Below are positions 56,895 through 64,000 of a DNA stretch of 64,000 bases, one piece after another (the stretch's first letter is position 1; the number at the start of each line of letters is the position of its first letter). The position numbers were made by a program, and so were the translations under genes. The stretch comes from the human T2T-CHM13v2.0 reference genome, Homo sapiens, in the NCBI RefSeq assembly GCF_009914755.1, contig NC_060931.1; one strand, written 5' to 3'. The notes under the pieces are model-generated. The model did not search any database. It saw nothing but the letters and a program-made list of their open reading frames with translations, and was not told the origin of the DNA.

Positions 56895-57850
56895 TGTTTA
56901 ATAAGTACATTGAGGTATAGTTGACTGTGCATATTTAGAATGTACGGTTTAATAAGTATTGACGTGTGCACATGTGCATACCCGTGAAAACGCCACGGTC
57001 AAGGCAATGAGCATATGTGCCATTCCCAGAAGGTGCCTCATGCTCCCTTGTGATCTGTTTCTCCCTAACAATTCCACTACCTTTTTCCATCCGTAAGGAA
57101 AACCGATCTTTTTTTTCTGTTACTATATATTACTTTCCATTTTCTAACATTTTAGATAATGGAATTATTAAAGTAGGTGGTCTTTTATAGTCTGACAACT
57201 TTCACTAAGTATAATTATGTTGAGATTTATTCATGTTGCAGCATGTATCAATAGTTATTTATTTGTTGCCAAGTAATACTTGATTGTATGCCTATACCAT
57301 GGTTTGTGTATCTATTCACATGTTGATGGACATCTGTGTTACTTCAAATTTTGGGCTATTACCAAAAAAGCTTTTATAAACATTTATGTACAAGTTTTTA
57401 TATGGACATATGCTTACACTTCACTTAGGTAGGGTAAATACCTAAGAGTGGAACAGCAAGATCATACAGTAGGCATATGTTCAACTTTTTAAGAAACTGT
57501 TAAATTATTTTCCAGAGTCATTTTAGAATTTTATATTTCTACCTGCAGCTTCTGAGGCTTCCGGTTCCCCCAAATCCTTGCCCACACTCAAGATAATCAG
57601 TCTTCAATATGAGCCATTTAAATAAGTGTTTAGTGGCATATTGGTGCAGTTTAAATTTGTATTTTGCAATGGCTGATGATGTTAAGCATTTTACAGATGC
57701 TTATTTCCATCCACATATCCTCTTGGCTAAAGGGTTTCTGAAAATCCCTGACATATTTTTGATTGGGTTACTTGGTTTCTACTGAGTTGAGAGTTTTTCA
57801 TAAATGTCTTTATCAGCTATATATTTGCAAAGTTTCTTCCAGTCTATAGG
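56895..57850 (-). mobile_element. L1MB/MC-type 3' region, antisense
   Basis: ttgagatttattcatgttgcagcatgtatcaatag...ggtaaatacctaagagtggaa. Confidence 0.8.
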
Positions 57851-57866
57851 GGTATATAGTCTATAA

Positions 57867-58181
<315 letters not shown>

Positions 58182-58374
58182 AACAATGACTTTTGAAGAT
58201 GCTTGCAATGTGGATAACCATATGTGAAAAAAAGAACTTTGATATATCCTAACACCATATGAAAATATTAACTCGAAATGGATCATAAATAAAAATGTTC
58301 AATCTAAAACTAGAAAAATTCTAGAAGAAAACATAAAATACCTTTAAGTTAGGCAAGTGCTTTTTAAGTATCTA

Positions 58375-58521
58375 TGAGTTTATCCTTTTCATCAAATTTG
58401 GAAATCTGGGGGCACTATTTCTGCAAATATTTCCCTGCTTCCACTTCTCTCTCTCTCTGTTTCTGTCTCTCTCTCTCTCTCTCTGTTTCTGTCTCTCTCT
58501 CTGTCTCTCTCTGTTTCTGTA

Positions 58522-58554
<33 letters not shown>

Positions 58555-59785
58555 GTGTGTGAGTGTGTTCTCTGTCAGGGGTTTCAAGTGCATGTATATT
58601 AGGCTGCTTGAAGTTTTAACATATCTCAATGATGCTTTGCTCATTTTTAAATTTATCTTTTCCCTGGGTTTTATTTTGGATTATTTTTATTCTTATGTCT
58701 TCAAGTTCATTAATATTACCTTCTGCAATAACTAGTTTGTTGTGAATCCCACCCAGTGTATTTTTTGTTGTGCGCAGTATCCATTTCCTCTCTAGGATTT
58801 CAATTTGGGTCTTTTTAATGTTGTCCATGTCTTCATTGAACATTTTGCACATATGGAATTCAGCTGTAATAATTGTTTTAATGTCCACGTCCACTAATGT
58901 TAAAAGTTGCAGCAGCTCTGGGTCAATTTCAATTGATCAAATGCCATCCTTGAATGAGATTTGTATTGTTTTGCTTCTCTGCAAGCCTGGTAATTTTTGA
59001 TTGGATGCCAGATATTGTGAATTTTATCTTGTACATGCTGGATATTCGAATATTCCTAAACCTACTTCAGAGCTATTTTTCTGGTACTCAGTTAAGGCCC
59101 CTGGAAATAATCTGATTCCTTCAGGTCTAGCTTTAAAGATTTACTGGGTGGAAATGTAATATTAATTATAATTAACTATGATTATAATTATCCCTATGCT
59201 CAGTTTTAGGGCTAATTATCCCCACTACAAAAATAGGGCCCTTTTGCGTATTCTATGAAATGTCCATGAATCATGAGATTGTTTGAGAGTGGCTTATCTG
59301 AGCACGTACTATTTTCTGTCCTGTGTGAGTGTCAGGGCACCACTGCCTCCAATACTTCCAGGTTATTCTTTCCCCAACCTTGGAGAGTTTCTCTCATGCG
59401 TGCCCTGTTCTGTACTCAGCTAATTTTCAGGGGGCCCTCAGCAGATCTCCAAAGCTCTCTTTCCATGTTGCTTGCTCCTCTTTCAGACCCTTTAGCGCAA
59501 ACTGTAGCTGCCTTGTTCTCCCCAGACTCTCAGCTCCATCTGTTTAGCTCAGAGTCTCCTGGGCCCCACCTAGGTTGTCCATCATCCGCTTTAGTCTGAA
59601 AACTCTCTAAGGCAGTAAGCTCGGGATAAATGGGACTCTCCTCATTTACTCCCCATCTATCAGAAATCAGTGTCCTTCTTCGCTTTCTTTGATATCCAGT
59701 GTCTCGAAATATGTTGTTTCCTATGTTTGTACAAGATTTATTTGTTTCAGGCAGGAGGATTCATCCATTTCCTGTTTCTCTATTT
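58375..59785 (-). mobile_element. Ancient L1M 5'/ORF1 region, antisense, containing (TC)n/(TG)n at 58446-58568
   Basis: tcatcaaatttggaaatctgggggcactatttctgcaaatattt...ttggatgccagatattgtgaatttta. Confidence 0.75.
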
Positions 59786-61039
59786 TGACTAGAAGTGAAA
59801 ATCTCTGGGAAAATTTGTTAGTACATACCTTTTGATTTTAGAAATCATGACTTTAAAATAAAATGGGCCTAAAATGTATGAGAAATTTTAAATTAGGCTA
59901 AATTTTATGCTGAATATATTGAATAAGTTAAATATAACTAAGACAAACCCATACTCTGCATATCTGACATGAATTATTTGAGGTCTGAAGACTGGAAGAC
60001 ACTATGAAATGAAAAGCTTGTCAACAATTTGACATTTCTTTCTCCATGCTTCCACTTTTCCAAACTTTTTCATGAATGTCACCTTATTTCATCTTGCAAC
60101 AGCCACTGAGGTAAATAGGTAAGTATTTATCTCCCCTTTTTTTTGACTGAGGAAATTGTGCTACACAGTTACGTGTGTATCACTTATGGTCAAAAGCTAA
60201 TAAAATCAAGAAATGTTTTCAAACTAAAAATGTATAAATATTGAATACTATTCAATCTTTTATTCAGCAAGCATCGATCCATGCTTCCTTCAACCCACGT
60301 TATCTATTAATTTATCCAATGCTGAATACTATTTCTATACTTCATAAGCATTGGACTCCTTGCTATTATTCCTTTAAAAATAACTAAGAAACTATTATTT
60401 TTATTAATGAGTCCGTGTGTGCACAAACAAGGCAGAAAACAACAGAATAAAATACCCAGGGACACTGAAAAGGAATAAATCCAAATTGTAGCATTTTGGT
60501 TGGTCAGGGGAAAGAGTGGTCAGTGTGGTTTAGGTAGGAAAGGCTTGCCAAAGATAATGGGACTTATTGCTTACTCTTCTAGTTACATGTCCTGCAGTCA
60601 TAGAAATATGCAGACTAAAGTCCGTGTAAAAAACATTTTCCGCTTCCCCACATGATAACTGTAATCCTTTGCAACTCAAGGGCCCTATAGGGTTTTAATA
60701 GACAGTTATTACATAACATTTTCTATGTTTACTTCTGTTAATTTGTATTTGTAACCACGGAGAATAGATTCTAATTCCCTGCAATACAGGAACTCTGAAG
60801 CTTTACTTCCCCTTTACAATGGTCAAAAGCCTGAGAAATCATAAAGAGCAACATGATATGAAAAAATAAAAACAATAAAGCAACTTTTAATATCTTCTTC
60901 CATCCTATGTAGGCTTTTGTAGTGGTGCAACATTCCTTACTTAACCTATTCATCAACTGCCAATTGGACATCTGTGTAATACAGGTGTTATTCATTGCTT
61001 CCCAGGCCACTTATCTTCTAAGGGATTAAGACTCTACCC

Positions 61040-61357
61040 GCCTGGCGCGGTGGCTCACGCCTATAATTCCAGCACTTTGGGAGGCCAAGGCGTGTGGATC
61101 ACCTGAGGTCAGGAATTCGAGACCAGCCTGACCAACATGGAGAAACCCTGTCTCTACTAAAAATACAAAAAAAAAAAAAATTATCTGGGCATGGTGGTGC
61201 ATGCCTGTAATCCTAGCTACTCAGGAGGCTGAGGCAAGGGAATCGCTTGACCCCGGGAGGTGGAGGTTGCGGTGAGCCAAAATCGTGCCATTTCATGCCA
61301 GCTTGGGCAACAGGAGCGAAACTCCATCTCAAAAAAAATAATAATAAAATAAAATAA
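61040..61357 (+). mobile_element. AluSp
   Basis: cctgaccaacatggagaaacc; ggttgcggtgagcc; gagcgaaactcc. Confidence 0.93.
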
Positions 61358-62840
61358 ACCCCACCCACAGTCTCTTCTCTCCTATTTGAAACACAGGACT
61401 CTGTCTCCTCCTAGATACACACCAAGGTTGAACAAGCACTCCTAGGGGAATAAAGCCACTAGTTGAGCCATGCCAATCAAATCCTCTCTTTTGGAAACTT
61501 GAACAAAGACATAGAGATTACAATGAGAATTTGAAGGACGCTGTATAAGATACTAGACTGACAGCCGTGCATGGTCATGAGCAGCCCAGGGATGACCACT
61601 GGGAGAAGAGAAGGCGGAGAGCAGCAGAGATCACAGAAATCATGAGGCCCTGAAAAGTGAAGATCCTGCCCTCACTTTCTCACTTTCCTGATGCAGTCAT
61701 GTGAAATTTGTCTTTACTTCCATTTATTTCCTTTCCAACTCTCAGTGTTCTGAAATGTACCATTACGTAAAAGTGACAGAAAATGAAGAAAAACCATTAA
61801 TTCCTAGTGGGATTTCCCATTTTTACTCTCACTCGCCATTACCACCAAATAAAACTGTTTTTGTTGAGCAAACTTTTCTATAAGCCTCTTTGCATTCTTA
61901 CTTTGCATCCCAGGAGGTACAAGTAAGAAAAAAAAAAAAAAAAAAAAGGTCTTCTGAATTCTTCTGAATTATTTTCTAAGTAGAAGTGGGAGTGATGGCT
62001 ATTTTCCAGGTTAGTATTGGTTAGAGCTCACCAGAACTGAATTTGTCAGAAAAATAGAGGGTATCTATGAGGCTTTGTGGCGAGAGACAAAAGGGAACAA
62101 GGAAAAAAAGATGTTGCTGGCAGCCAGGAGATATACTTTGGGGAGAAGAATGGAAGTGTTACTGTATTGTATCTTGCTTTTTTAGAAAAGTGTGAATAGA
62201 AATCTTCTGGGTTTACTAATGTGTTATAGAGCTGGATTTGGGCGTTTTGTGGCAATTGGAGTTGCGTAGTTTACGTAACATTGAGCAGAGGTGCAAGATG
62301 GGAGAGACAAGAGCTCAGACTGCCCAACGGGTCTCAGAAAATGTAGGTTACATCCATAATACATTTGTTTGTTGTTTTTATTTGAGCTACTTTGTATAGG
62401 CATCTATTTTCTTGCAATCAAATAAGCTCTAACGAAAATGATGTGTAATGTACAAAGTACCTTAGCAGCTTCAATAAGCATTAGACATGATCTCCACCCT
62501 TTCATGAATTCACCTGTGTTATATGGGTAAGTTAGACTCCAGGAACAATCATAAAACAGCCTTATTCTTTTCTCCAGCTGTCCCTTTAGAACAAAACTCT
62601 GTCTAGTTCTAAACAGAATCACACTGATTTTTGAAGATAACATAGCTTTTTTTCTGGCTCTTTTGCATCACAAATAGTATCATTTACAAAATTAAAATGC
62701 CCGGCCTAGTCTAATATAACATTATTAGCTTCAGGATTCATTCAGAGAGAAACTTTTCCTCTCTCTGAGCTTGAGTGGCTGTGGGTCTGGAAACCTGCAC
62801 TGGGGAAGGGAAGACAGGAGGCCCTTCTCTTGGCCCCCTT

Positions 62841-63005
62841 CCTGGTATGTTCCTTGCTCCTCTTCTGCACTCGCTAGTCCTCCCTGGCCTGTTCCTTGCT
62901 CCTCCTCTGCACTCAGCAGTCCTCCCTGGCATGTTCCTTGCTCCTCCTCTGCACTCGCCGGTCCTCCCTGGCATGTTCCTCGCTCCTCCTCTGCACTCGC
63001 CAGTC
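62841..63005. repeat. 42-bp minisatellite, ~3.9 copies
   Basis: cctgg unit starts at 62841, 62883, 62925 and 62967. Confidence 0.96.
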
Positions 63006-63793
63006 TTAATTTCTCACTTCTCCAAGGTTGGGTTCAGGGGGAGGAGGGATGAGAGAAAGGATACAGCGTCACACGGTGGTTATGGATCTCATCTGGTGAT
63101 GGGTCTCTCTGGATGTGACAAATACACAAAGCCGCACTTTTTCTCATGGGGAGCTTTTGGAGAGCTTCTTTGGAGACCCTCACATAGAATGTTGGAAGAT
63201 GGCTTTTAGCCTTTTCTCTCACTGTGATGCCTTCACACATCCTCACACTTCCTGTCTTTACCCTCTTCTGGTCCTTTGGCTCTATTGGGTGGAGTTCCTT
63301 ACAAAATGGCTCTTGGGATTCCCCCATGTAGTTCACTTCTGGCTTATGAGAAACACCCACATTTTCCCACCATCACCAGAACCGACACAGCTTGCTTCCA
63401 ATACAGTCCCCTCTCTTCACATGGGGCTGCCTGAGATTTTTCCAGGTGGGGTCTAGGTAGCATTGCTTATGCTTGAAAGACTCTCTGTTCTCCAAAGCAC
63501 CCGTTTCAGGCTCTGTGACGCCGAATGGCTCTGTGACACCTTCTCCTTTGGCTTGTGCTGAGAGGAAACCTGTACTTTCCTTTTCCTGACCCAGTTGCAC
63601 AGCCCTTAGTCCCTTCTTCCTCCACCCAAAAGATGAGGGTGCCAGATAATTCCACTCACTCTCTATTTGGAGGTTTCCTGTGGATTATTGTAAATGTGCG
63701 CTAACCAATTTCATACCCTTTATTATTTTTTAAATAATGTAACAGGTCACCTTGGGCTGCAGGGACACTTGGCAACCATTTTTACAGCTTTTA

Positions 63794-64000
<207 letters not shown>

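Noticed and set aside
62738-63209. Periodic ORFs (MPGRTGECRGGARN; PGMFLAPPLHSPVL)
   Set aside because: Artefacts of the 42-bp minisatellite

Overview
Primate, almost certainly human, genomic DNA that is dense in Alu, L1, LTR and DNA-transposon relics. The only protein-coding sequence I can support is a 60-nt coding segment at 47502-47561 (+), [20 protein letters not shown], followed by a canonical AAG|GTAAGG donor. I recognise it from memory as the alternative first coding exon of DPP6 isoform E (DPP6a), an auxiliary subunit of Kv4 channels, which would place the window at 7q36.2. It lies in a CpG island (~46600-48360) with a TATA-less CCAAT/GC-box promoter. Bases 1-46600 are upstream intergenic DNA. 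They contain a decayed ERVL gag-pol fossil, a ~10 kb ancient L1 nested in an MLT1 element and carrying further insertions, solo LTRs, DNA transposons, Alus, tandem repeats and a few motif-rich unique islands. Bases 47562-64000 are the start of DPP6 intron 1. Nearly all ORFs in the supplied track are repeat-derived or artefacts of GC richness. I found no convincing new gene system. The leads most worth testing are: (1) the DPP6-E 5' UTR splice architecture, including a possible spliced uORF whose stop overlaps the main start (AUGA); (2) a YY1/CTCF/CRE motif island at ~14.9 kb; (3) an 85-bp intronic duplication carrying splice signals. Repeat subfamily names come from recalled consensus sequences and need RepeatMasker/Dfam confirmation.
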